64,000 bases of DNA, taken from the IMG/VR virus record IMGVR_UViG_3300045922_000709, positions 1-64,000 of that record. One strand, 5' to 3'. Numbering within the stretch: position 1 is the first letter of the stretch; every line of letters starts with the position of its first letter. A program made the position numbers and the translations under genes. Shown here one piece after another: positions 48,091 through 58,000 of this stretch. The notes under the pieces are model-generated. The model had not been told where the DNA came from, did not search any database, and saw only the letters and a list, made by a program, of their open reading frames with translations. Origin of the DNA: a virus.

Positions 48091-51000
48091 TTATTTAATA
48101 CGCCTGGTTCCTTTTCGTAGTTTGTTTATTTGTAGCTTACCTAAATTATTCAATGCTTTATTAGGATCTATATTACCTGAATATTGCAATCCGCCTAAAA
48201 GAAGACCTAAATTATTAGCATTTTCAGCAGGAGGCATTAAAGGAGAAGGACGATAATCAGGATTAAATGGTGAAGGGGTGTAGTTTTCGTCATTATTATT
48301 AACACCTGTTCCTGTAGTAGATTCACCCGCTGTTTGTGTTTGTGTACCTGGTGTTTGAGTTCCCGGTTGACTTGTAGCCCCTGTGTATTTATCAAATTCT
48401 GCACCACCGCCTTTCATTTGTCTTTCTAATAAAGCTCTGTTTAAAGCATCTCTTTGTGCTCTATATTTATTTATATTGTCTAATTGAGCTTGTTGATAAT
48501 TTTTATATTCATTTTTATCTGCAATATATTGAGCATCTGTTTGCATTGCTTCAAAGTTTTTGTTAGTAGCATTAAATCTATTCATCGCATTAGTATTTCT
48601 AACATCAACTATTTCTGACAAATTCTTTTCATTTGCAGTATTAGCCAATTGATTGTTATATTGATTTTCTTGGTTTCTTATTTGAATATTTTGCAAATCT
48701 GTTTGATAAGCTCTTTGATTTTCTTCAGAATTAATTTGTCTGTTTTGATTAAACGATTGAGCACTTGCATTACCTAAATTAGATAAAGCAGAACCTGCAC
48801 CTAAATTTCTAATTTGACCAGACATAATTTGTCTTTGTCTTTCAGCTTCCATTCTATTTTGGTCAGATAAATCTCTATATTGATTTTCTTTTAAATTTAA
48901 ATATTGAGGATTAAAAACAGCAGCATCAGCATCGGGAGGTAATAAATTATATTTTCCCCTTTGGAATTGACCGGGTTTCATTGCGTTTAATGCAGCATCG
49001 TCTAAGTCTTTATCTCTTTTAGATGCTTCAGAAGCAGCAGCAGTAGGATCTTGACCATTTATGGTAATTGGGCCAATACTTGCACTACCGCCAGTTGCAG
49101 AGCCGCCAGTTGCTGTGTTATTATTAATTGTTTTTTGTTGTTGTGCAGGGCCTGAACCACCAGGTTTTGTTTCTATTTTTTCTTTTTCTTCAACTTCATC
49201 GTTAGTTTTTTCCTCATAAGTTCTTAAATTTCTACCATTTATTTCTATTTTTCTATTATATTTTCCTGCAATTTCAGCAGCTCTTTTTTTAATTTCTGGT
49301 GGAGCAGATTCCCACCAAATAACATTTGGTTTTACACCTTTTCCACTTTTTAAATCAAGCTCTAATTGTTTTAAAGCATCTTCAAAATTAATTTTGCCTT
49401 TGCCAGTTCCTTTAACCGCCACTGCGGTTTCATCATATCTTTTTTCAGTTTTTCCGGGTTTTACACGTCTTTCTTTTGTAACAACAACTTCACCACCGCC
49501 ACCTCCACCACCAGCATTTATAATCATATCTCCATCTCCATCGCCTACACCTTTAGTTCCTTTTCTAAACATATTTTTTTTTTCAATTCTTTGAGTTCCG
49601 TTTCTAAGACTAAGTCTAAGCTTACCTTTAGCTATTTCTAAAGCGTTTTTTCTAGCTTGTTCTTTAAAATTTAAAGGAGAAGAAGTGTTAGATGTACTAT
49701 TTTGTTTAGTTTCAGAAGTAGCACCGTTAATAATCATATCTCCTTTACCATCACCCACACTTTGTTGTTGGCCGCCGCCGGGGCCAGATTGTTGTTGTCT
49801 TACAGAAGAATTTGAAGTAGCTGTACCTCCTTCTGCTTTACCTCCTTCTACTTTCACACCACCAAAATAAACACTACCGCCAGTTGCTCTACCACCAGTG
49901 GCTGTTCCACCGCTAGCATTACCACCAGTGGCTGTTCCGCCAGTTGCTGTATATCCTTCATCAGCACCGGGTATTCTATTAAAATTCCTAAACATTCCAC
50001 CACCGGATTGACTATTTTTATTAGAAGCTATATTTGGATTTTGTAATCTTTCAGGTGCTTTTTTAGATAGTTTTCTTACATTACCGTAAGTAGAGTATTC
50101 TTGATCATTTAATTGTTCAAGTTGATTTCTTTTTAAATTTCTACCCCTTGCTATTTTAAGTTCGTTTTTAGCTTTTTGAGCTTCAGTCTTAGCTTCAAAT
50201 CTTTCGGTTTTAGATTCTAATCTATCTTTAATATTTTCAGTTCTTGCTTGATATTTTCCTGTTCTTTTTGTTGGAGTATGTCCGCTTTCGCCTTCTTCTC
50301 TTTCTTGTTTTACATATCTTGGAGCTTTTTGAATTTTACCTTTAACTGCATCTAATTTTTGCTTAGCTTCTTCACGTGCAACTTTTGCATCAATTCGAGC
50401 TTCATATTTTGCTGTTTTATGTTGTTGCCGAGATGTAATAGCTTGTAAAGCATCTTCTCTACGAGTGGCATTTGCACTTTCAATACCTGATCTTTTTTCA
50501 GATACACCTCTTGCTTTTTCAGCAATACGTTCGCCTTCTTTAAGTTTTAAATTAGATTCAGCTTTTTGATCTTCAACTTTTTGTTTTAATTGATCACTTT
50601 TTTGTTGATATTTTGCTTCTTGAGCTTTTTGTTGTTCATCTGCTGCATTTTTTCTTTCTAATGCTTGTGTTTCGTATTCTTGTGCTCGTTGAGCAGTCAA
50701 AGTTTCTACAGATTTTCTTCTTTGTTTTTGTTGTTCACTCAAAGATTCATTATCTTTTTCTTCATATTCAGCTTTAGTTTTATTTAAATTTGCTTTAGAT
50801 TCGTTTAATTTATTTCGAGCTTCTCCTTCTTCTCTTAATTTTTTTTCTTTTAAATCTATGCGTTCTTTCTTTTTAACTAATCTTTGAGCTTTTCTAGAAG
50901 TTACTTCACCGCCTTCTTCAAATTTAGGTACAACACCCCCGTTTCTAAATATAGGAACAATGCCGCCTTGTTTATATTGTTTTGGTTTTGACATCATATG

Positions 51001-54000
51001 TTGTATTATTTTTATTTTATGTTTTATTGGAGCAGAATTATAATCATCTTCTGAAAAACGACCAAAAGCTTTTTCAATAACGTCTCTCTCTTTAAAATTA
51101 TTACCTCTTTCAAATCTAAGTTTTTCTATTGCTTTTTCAATTCTTTTTACCGTCATATATTCGGCAAAAGCGTTATCAAAAGAACCTTTACCGTATTCGT
51201 TATCAAATTCTATAGCTTTTTCGTTAAATTTTTCTAACCTTTTATTATAGGTTTCAACATTTTCATTATCTGGAGCATTATAAAACCCTGAAAACAAATC
51301 TATAATATCAGAAGTAAACGGTGAATTTTTTTGTTGACTTAGAAAATAAAAGGTTTTAGGTTCAGGTTCAGCTTGTGTTGTAGGTGAATCGCTTTGTTGA
51401 GATGGTGTTTGTTGAACAGGCGTTTGTATAGAAGGTAAACTATCTTGTCGAATAGGAGGTTGAATAGGAGGTTGAATAGGAGGTTGAATAGGAGGTTGAA
51501 TAGGAGGTTGAATAGAAAGTGTTTGAGAAGAAGCTGAACTAGAAGTATTTGGTATATTATTAGATTTTTTCTTTATTTTACCGTCTCTTATATCTCTTAA
51601 CATTTCTAAAGTTATATATCCTTGTTCATTAGGTTGATATTCTTTTAAAAGTTTATCATAAGCTTCTTCAGTTTTACTTTTGTTTTTATTTCCACTTACC
51701 CAATAACCGGTTGGAGTACCAACATCATAACCTAATTCATTTAATATAGTTTGATATTCTTTAACTCTATTTAAAGTTTCTTTTGTCGGTTTGCTTGTTT
51801 GAGGATTTTTAGAATTTTGAGAATTAGATTGAGCTGAAGCAACTTGAGAATTAGATTTAGATGCATTGTTATATTTTTTAAGCATCAATTCAAATTCATC
51901 AAGAACATTAGGTTGAAAAGCAGCATATTTACTAAAACTATTATCGTATATTCCTAAATTTTCGTTTTCTTTATTTAAAGACTGAAGTTGTTCAAATTGA
52001 CCAATATTAAAAGAAGGAACATTATATTCTCTTTTAAAATTATCGTATTGTTGTTTTATAGCTTTTTTTGGATCAGTTTCTGTAATTTCTTCTTTATTTT
52101 GTAAATTATCTAAATAATATTTATACTTTAAACGATCTTCTTCTTTAATTGAATCAAAATCAACTTCACCTCCATCTTTATATTTATTTAAAATTTCTGG
52201 TTTTTTGTTTTCAGGTTTAGACAAACTTGAAGGATTATTTTTTATTCTATGTTGATTTGCATTTTTTTTTGCATCTTCATAAAATTTTTTATAACTGTCA
52301 AAATCTATAAATTTTCTATACTCTTCGTAAACTTCTTCATATAATTTTTTAGAAACTTCTGAAAAATCAAGTGGTTTAGCTTTATTAGCTTCTTGTGCTA
52401 ATTTATTTTTCATAAATCTATCATAATATGCTACGTTAATAATATCACTTCCGTATATTCCTTCTATTTCATTAAAAAAATCTCCAGTTATTTCATCGTA
52501 AAAATATTTATCAAATAAATCTTTGTATTTTTCACCAAAATCTTTTATAATATTTTTTCTATCTGAATATCTAGCGTAAAAAGCATTAGAATCATCAAAA
52601 GCTTTTTTCTTTTTATATGCTTCATTTAAAAATGGACTTGGTAAATAATATTCGCTAAGACGGTTTTTATTTGAAAGTTCATTTGGAAAAAGAATTGAAT
52701 AACCATTTCTGTTTTCAAAATTAAATACAGGCGTATTATCTACCGCACTTTCTATAAAATTTTTAATATCTTGGTCATAAGAATTATCTAATAATTGAGA
52801 ATTTGAATTATCAGATTGTTGAGAGTTATTTGAAGAAATTTTATTTGAATAAATTTGTCTTAATACTTCCAAAGGTATTTTTCCATAATTTTCTTCTTTT
52901 AACTTAGGGTAAGCATTCAAAAGTTGTTCATAAGCATCTTGAGTTTTGCTTGTTTTAGAATCTTTAGTAAACCAAGCACCATCTACAACACCTGCATTAT
53001 AACCTAATTTATTTAATAAATCTTGATATTCTGCTACTCTTTCATTACCTCCTGGAACTAAGTTTCTTGTAACTTTACCGCCTTCTTCATAAATTTTAGG
53101 AAAATTTAATAAATGATCAGGCAATCTATTTTGTGGACGAGGCACTTTTAAAAGATTTAAAGGAAGTCTTAAATAAACACTAGAATTATCTGAGGGTACA
53201 TTAGGTGGAATAATTGGATAATTTTTATTTCTAAAAACTTCTTGAATAAGTTCATTTTTTCTAAAATTTTTCATATCCTCATCGTAAGAATTATCTAAAA
53301 CATTATCGTTTGATAAAGATTGTTCATTTTTTGAAAATATTTCTACAGGAGATAATTGTTGGTTTCTTTTTTTATAAATATCTTCTAATACTTCTAAAGG
53401 TATTTTTCCTCCATATTGTTCTGCTAAATTTGAATTATTTTCTAAAAATCTTAAATAAGCATCTTGAGTTTTGCTTGTTTTAGAATCTTTAGTAAACCAA
53501 GCACCATCTACAACACCTGCATTATAACCTAATTTATTTAATAACTGTTGATATCTTGCTACTCTATCAGTACCCCCTTTAGTTAATTTTCCTTTAACTT
53601 CACCGCCTTCCTCATATTTATTTCGAGTTAATTTATTAATAATTTTATTTAAAAAACTAACTTTTGTGTTTTGAGGATTTTGTTCTAATTCTCTACTTGC
53701 TTTTTCTGTATCTTGATTTAAAGAATCAAAAGGAATGTTATACCAAAGATTATCTATCCTTGATTGCTCTATAGCTCTTTTTTGAGCTTCTGCTTTATAA
53801 TCTTTAATAACACGATTTCTATCTTTTTCAAATCGAGTGTTAGGTAAATTTCTATTTTGCATAAATATTCTCATATCTTCAAGATAAAAAGGATTTTCTC
53901 TAGTTCTATTATTTTGAGCATGATGTAATGTAAATTGATCATATGCGGCTTCTGTTTTAGGCCCCCAAATACCATCAATTTCATCATTATATAACCCTAA

Positions 54001-55014
54001 TTGAGATAAATATTTTTGATATTCCTTAACTCTTTCGTTATTACCCCTTACTTGACCGCCTGTTTTATAAGCTTTATTTTTTGTAAAATATTCATCTACA
54101 AATTGCTCTATAACACCACCATGATGCATCATTGGCATACCGCCACCAGCACCACCTAACATATTTAACATACCCATCATGTTTCCCATGTTTGATCCAC
54201 CAGTAGCGTTTCCTTGAGGTTGTTGACTTTGTTCAACAGCTGTTTGCATGTTCATAACACCGCCAAGATTAGACATTCCCGCTTGTCCGGCTGCAAAAGC
54301 ATTATTCATGGCTCGATTTGTATTACCTTGACCTAAATTATTCGCCATGTTGAATAATTGAGGTATTTGAGAAAAATTAATCATTTCGTTTTTTTTACTT
54401 GAATTAGAACTAGGTAAAGTGTCTTTTAAAATTTCAAATTTTTCTAAATCGAAAACTTTAAGAGTTTTTGGATCTACAGTTGTTGCTACAATATCTTTTA
54501 ATTTAGCAGGAAAAACAATATCTCCGACTTGTGCTACAAAAGGTTCACCCCCTTCTTCATGAGTATAACCCCCTGTAAAGTCAGCTATTAATCTATAAGT
54601 GTTTCCTTCTGGTCTAAAAATATATTCGTTTCTTTCAACTTCAATTAATCTATTTTCATCGTTTTCTAAACCATCTTCTGCTATAACAGTATTATCTCTA
54701 TTTCTCATCATATCTTTAACTTGAGTGGCTTCTTTACCACCATATAAATAATTCAATCTATCTATATTTTCATTATCAAATTCTGCAATATCTGCTTTTG
54801 ATTGAATTTTATTTTTTTCTTGATTTCCTCTAATTAATCCTGAAATAGATCCTCCAATAGCACCTACCCCAGCACCAATCATTTGACCCATAGGTCCTCC
54901 AGCAATCATTCCTATTTTACCCCCTATTGCTTCTCCAGCAGCCGCATCGTTAGTTACAAAATTGTCTACAACTTGGGGACTGGGGCCAGGCGGAACCGTT
55001 AGCTTTTGATACAT
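48091..55014 (-). CDS. Virion cargo protein (cargo-1-like, 2307 aa) with glycine zipper, four peptidoglycan-binding-like domains, coiled coil and low-complexity repeats
   Basis: GKIGMIAGGPMGQMIGAGVGAIGG; IEVERNE...THEEGG; YQxxLxxLGY..DGxW..KTxxAY four times. Confidence 0.78.
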   Translation of the reverse strand: MYQKLTVPPGPSPQVVDNFVTNDAAAGEAIGGKIGMIAGGPMGQMIGAGVGAIGGSISGLIRGNQEKNKIQSKADIAEFDNENIDRLNYLYGGKEATQVKDMMRNRDNTVIAEDGLENDENRLIEVERNEYIFRPEGNTYRLIADFTGGYTHEEGGEPFVAQVGDIVFPAKLKDIVATTVDPKTLKVFDLEKFEILKDTLPSSNSSKKNEMINFSQIPQLFNMANNLGQGNTNRAMNNAFAAGQAGMSNLGGVMNMQTAVEQSQQPQGNATGGSNMGNMMGMLNMLGGAGGGMPMMHHGGVIEQFVDEYFTKNKAYKTGGQVRGNNERVKEYQKYLSQLGLYNDEIDGIWGPKTEAAYDQFTLHHAQNNRTRENPFYLEDMRIFMQNRNLPNTRFEKDRNRVIKDYKAEAQKRAIEQSRIDNLWYNIPFDSLNQDTEKASRELEQNPQNTKVSFLNKIINKLTRNKYEEGGEVKGKLTKGGTDRVARYQQLLNKLGYNAGVVDGAWFTKDSKTSKTQDAYLRFLENNSNLAEQYGGKIPLEVLEDIYKKRNQQLSPVEIFSKNEQSLSNDNVLDNSYDEDMKNFRKNELIQEVFRNKNYPIIPPNVPSDNSSVYLRLPLNLLKVPRPQNRLPDHLLNFPKIYEEGGKVTRNLVPGGNERVAEYQDLLNKLGYNAGVVDGAWFTKDSKTSKTQDAYEQLLNAYPKLKEENYGKIPLEVLRQIYSNKISSNNSQQSDNSNSQLLDNSYDQDIKNFIESAVDNTPVFNFENRNGYSILFPNELSNKNRLSEYYLPSPFLNEAYKKKKAFDDSNAFYARYSDRKNIIKDFGEKYKDLFDKYFYDEITGDFFNEIEGIYGSDIINVAYYDRFMKNKLAQEANKAKPLDFSEVSKKLYEEVYEEYRKFIDFDSYKKFYEDAKKNANQHRIKNNPSSLSKPENKKPEILNKYKDGGEVDFDSIKEEDRLKYKYYLDNLQNKEEITETDPKKAIKQQYDNFKREYNVPSFNIGQFEQLQSLNKENENLGIYDNSFSKYAAFQPNVLDEFELMLKKYNNASKSNSQVASAQSNSQNSKNPQTSKPTKETLNRVKEYQTILNELGYDVGTPTGYWVSGNKNKSKTEEAYDKLLKEYQPNEQGYITLEMLRDIRDGKIKKKSNNIPNTSSSASSQTLSIQPPIQPPIQPPIQPPIQPPIRQDSLPSIQTPVQQTPSQQSDSPTTQAEPEPKTFYFLSQQKNSPFTSDIIDLFSGFYNAPDNENVETYNKRLEKFNEKAIEFDNEYGKGSFDNAFAEYMTVKRIEKAIEKLRFERGNNFKERDVIEKAFGRFSEDDYNSAPIKHKIKIIQHMMSKPKQYKQGGIVPIFRNGGVVPKFEEGGEVTSRKAQRLVKKKERIDLKEKKLREEGEARNKLNESKANLNKTKAEYEEKDNESLSEQQKQRRKSVETLTAQRAQEYETQALERKNAADEQQKAQEAKYQQKSDQLKQKVEDQKAESNLKLKEGERIAEKARGVSEKRSGIESANATRREDALQAITSRQQHKTAKYEARIDAKVAREEAKQKLDAVKGKIQKAPRYVKQEREEGESGHTPTKRTGKYQARTENIKDRLESKTERFEAKTEAQKAKNELKIARGRNLKRNQLEQLNDQEYSTYGNVRKLSKKAPERLQNPNIASNKNSQSGGGMFRNFNRIPGADEGYTATGGTATGGNASGGTATGGRATGGSVYFGGVKVEGGKAEGGTATSNSSVRQQQSGPGGGQQQSVGDGKGDMIINGATSETKQNSTSNTSSPLNFKEQARKNALEIAKGKLRLSLRNGTQRIEKKNMFRKGTKGVGDGDGDMIINAGGGGGGGEVVVTKERRVKPGKTEKRYDETAVAVKGTGKGKINFEDALKQLELDLKSGKGVKPNVIWWESAPPEIKKRAAEIAGKYNRKIEINGRNLRTYEEKTNDEVEEKEKIETKPGGSGPAQQQKTINNNTATGGSATGGSASIGPITINGQDPTAAASEASKRDKDLDDAALNAMKPGQFQRGKYNLLPPDADAAVFNPQYLNLKENQYRDLSDQNRMEAERQRQIMSGQIRNLGAGSALSNLGNASAQSFNQNRQINSEENQRAYQTDLQNIQIRNQENQYNNQLANTANEKNLSEIVDVRNTNAMNRFNATNKNFEAMQTDAQYIADKNEYKNYQQAQLDNINKYRAQRDALNRALLERQMKGGGAEFDKYTGATSQPGTQTPGTQTQTAGESTTGTGVNNNDENYTPSPFNPDYRPSPLMPPAENANNLGLLLGGLQYSGNIDPNKALNNLGKLQINKLRKGTRRIK
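51450..51515 (-). repeat. 12-bp tandem repeat x5.5 encoding (IQPP)5
   Basis: GAATAGGAGGTT units. Confidence 0.9.
52930..53544. repeat. Perfect 90-bp direct repeat (52930-53019 and 53455-53544) in PG-binding domains
   Basis: Base-by-base comparison by eye. Confidence 0.85.
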
Positions 55015-55021
55015 CTTATAA

Positions 55022-58000
55022 TCATCTTAAATTACGTCTAAAAATATTAATTGTATTTATTAAAGTAAACTTATGGTCTTTATTTCTTTCGTTGTTAAAT
55101 ATCAATTTTTCTATTAAATATTTTCCTTTAAATCTTGCAGGTATTCGTTGATAATCTGGTAAATTATTTAATAAATTATATATTGTTTCAGAATATTTCA
55201 CGTTATTTAATATATCAAATATATTTAAATTATTATCTGAAGTTGCTGAAAAAGGTATTTTTATTTGATATTGAGAATTTGTATAATTAACATTATATTC
55301 AAATATATTATATTGCGGCTGAGATTTATCTACAACTTTTAAATCAACTATGCCGGAATATTGTTTTTCGTTAAAACATTCAAGTTTATAGAAAAAATTT
55401 AAAAATTTAACCAATTGATCTGAATTTCTAAATTCACAATTTACAATTATATTATCAAAAGTTTTACTTAAAGCAGGATCACCATTCGATACATATGTTA
55501 TATACGAGTCATAAAAATTATTTATATAATACCCCATGCGTTTTCTATCTGTTTCATATAAAACACCATCTCTTGTTATATAAAATTTATTATTTAAAAA
55601 ATAAGAAAGAGCTGGTGTATAATCATGAAAACTAGTCCATGTTTTTGTAAATAATGAATATGAAATAGTTTCATCTTTTATTTTAAATATAATTCGTCTA
55701 TTTGAGGGATCATATAAAGATAAAATACCATTGTTTATTTGTGTTTTATTTTCTATTTTATCTTTTAATAAATTTTGAAAATAATTAAATAATCCTTGCT
55801 CTGAAATTTCTTCAGGTGCATTACCATTAAAATAAAAAATCTTTTGCTGTAAATTGTCTACAAAAAAAACACCAAAAGGTGTGTTTAACACACTTCTGTC
55901 GTGAAGTGTTCCGCAATAACCTCCTTTTATATTATATATTTGATTCGGAGGCAATGCTAAAACACCACCAGTGCCTAAAATAAGCTCATTGGTTGTGCTT
56001 GGAACAATCGCCTTATCGTTGACAAAGGTTCTCCATAAAGACCGCTCTGTGTGGCAATAAAGTGTATTATTAAAATCAAATAAACTTGTTATTTGTCCTT
56101 TGTCTTTTGGAATTTCTTGAAAATTATTTGGTAAAAAATATTTGTATTTATCTGATTGTTCTTGTTCAATTGAATTTAAAGAATACACAATCCTGTTAGG
56201 AAATTCGACAATGTCGATTAAACCAAAAGGTTTTAATATAAATTTTTTAATTTCATTTTCTTTAGAGTATTGTATATTGTAACCAGAAGAATTACCCATT
56301 TCGGATTCATAATCTAAACAAGCAACTATATCATTTTTTGGATAATAAGGTACACCTGATTTAATTACATTTCCGTCGTTATCTCTTTCTACAGGTCGAT
56401 GTCGATATGCGCAATTTATATCTGATTCTACCGGTAAATAATGAAGCATTCTAAGTTCAGCACCGTTTTTATTAAATAATCTAAACCAACCACCATTCAT
56501 TTCGCCTGAAATTAACGGATCGTCTCCATAAGGCATTTTATAATCTTCGCCGCTCCATGCTACATAAGAGTTTCTATAATTAATTCTAATTGAATTTCTA
56601 TATGAAAACATAGAAATAAAAGTATCTCCATTATAACACAACAAACTATTTTTAATTTTTCTTAATCTTGTATTTATAGGAGTGTTTGTATAAAAAGTAT
56701 CTACTAAAATATATTCATTAGCATCTAATTCGCCATATTGACTTTTGTTTTCAGATTCTATCGAATATAAATATCTATAAGCATTTAATCCTGAATCTTT
56801 TTTAGCAATGGTTTCATTAGAAGGAATAGATGTATTAGTATCTAAATAATATAATGCATTTGCACCTGCAAGTTTATTTTTATCATTGTTTATTTCAAAA
56901 TTAGTAAAACAATCGTCAGGCCAAGTTTCTGCACCATCATTATTATGATAAGTTACACCTATTGAAGCTAAAATACCCCCTTCATATTCACTTTTATATA
57001 AATCTTTATCTAATTCCATGACAACTGACGATTCAGTGTCATACATATTTAAAGGATATTTACCTTTTATAATAGTGTTTAAGTTAGTAAATGTTTCAGG
57101 CCCTCTTATTTCACCATTAGATTGAGCATATTGATAAGAAGAAATAATATTTGTTTTATTTATAAATTTTGAATAAAATTTAATAGGATTTAACCATTGA
57201 CCAAACATATGAAAATACGGAGACCTTGGCGTTAAACTTAAAGGAAATTTAACGTCATCAGAATAATTACCTCTACTTAAATCATAAGCTGTTAATTTAA
57301 AATTAGGTGGTAAATCACCCGATGTTCCTGCATCAGCAGATGTAATGGTTCTTTTTTCATCAAATACTTCAGAAACAAAAGACGATAAATCAGCCACCGG
57401 TTTTAATCTACAACCATTTGGTATTTGAAAGTTTTTTTCTAAAAATACAGTTTCAGGGCTATAAAAAAATATAGAAGACCTGGCTATTGGATCAATTGAT
57501 TCAAACACAAAAGTCCCCACAGGTTCTTTTTGAGGAAATATTCCGTTATATTTTATTAAATCGTTAGGGTGACCGGGAAAATAAGTGTCATTTGAACCTG
57601 TGCCAATTTTAAAATATACTCGAGTCCCTATTTGACCTGAGATAAAATTATATCTTATTTGACCATTAATAAAAAATACAGCATTATAATCAACTATTAA
57701 AGTTTTACCAAAAAAAGGATTTTGTATTAAACTTGCTTTGTAATCTGTAACATCTTTGTCTCTATTTGAAACTCTTTTTTCTTTATCTTCTGTAGTTTTA
57801 AAAGATTCAAAATCACTATCGTCAGATCTAAAAACATTTGGTATAACCCCATCTTGCAACAACATATCGTTAGCAAAACCTTGTGAATACACACTTTTAT
57901 GACTAAATGTGTTTCTTTGTTGTCTTACTAAAGATATAGATTCAATTTGATCTTTAATTGAAGGATATTGGTCTAATATATCTTCTAAGTTTTTAATAAC

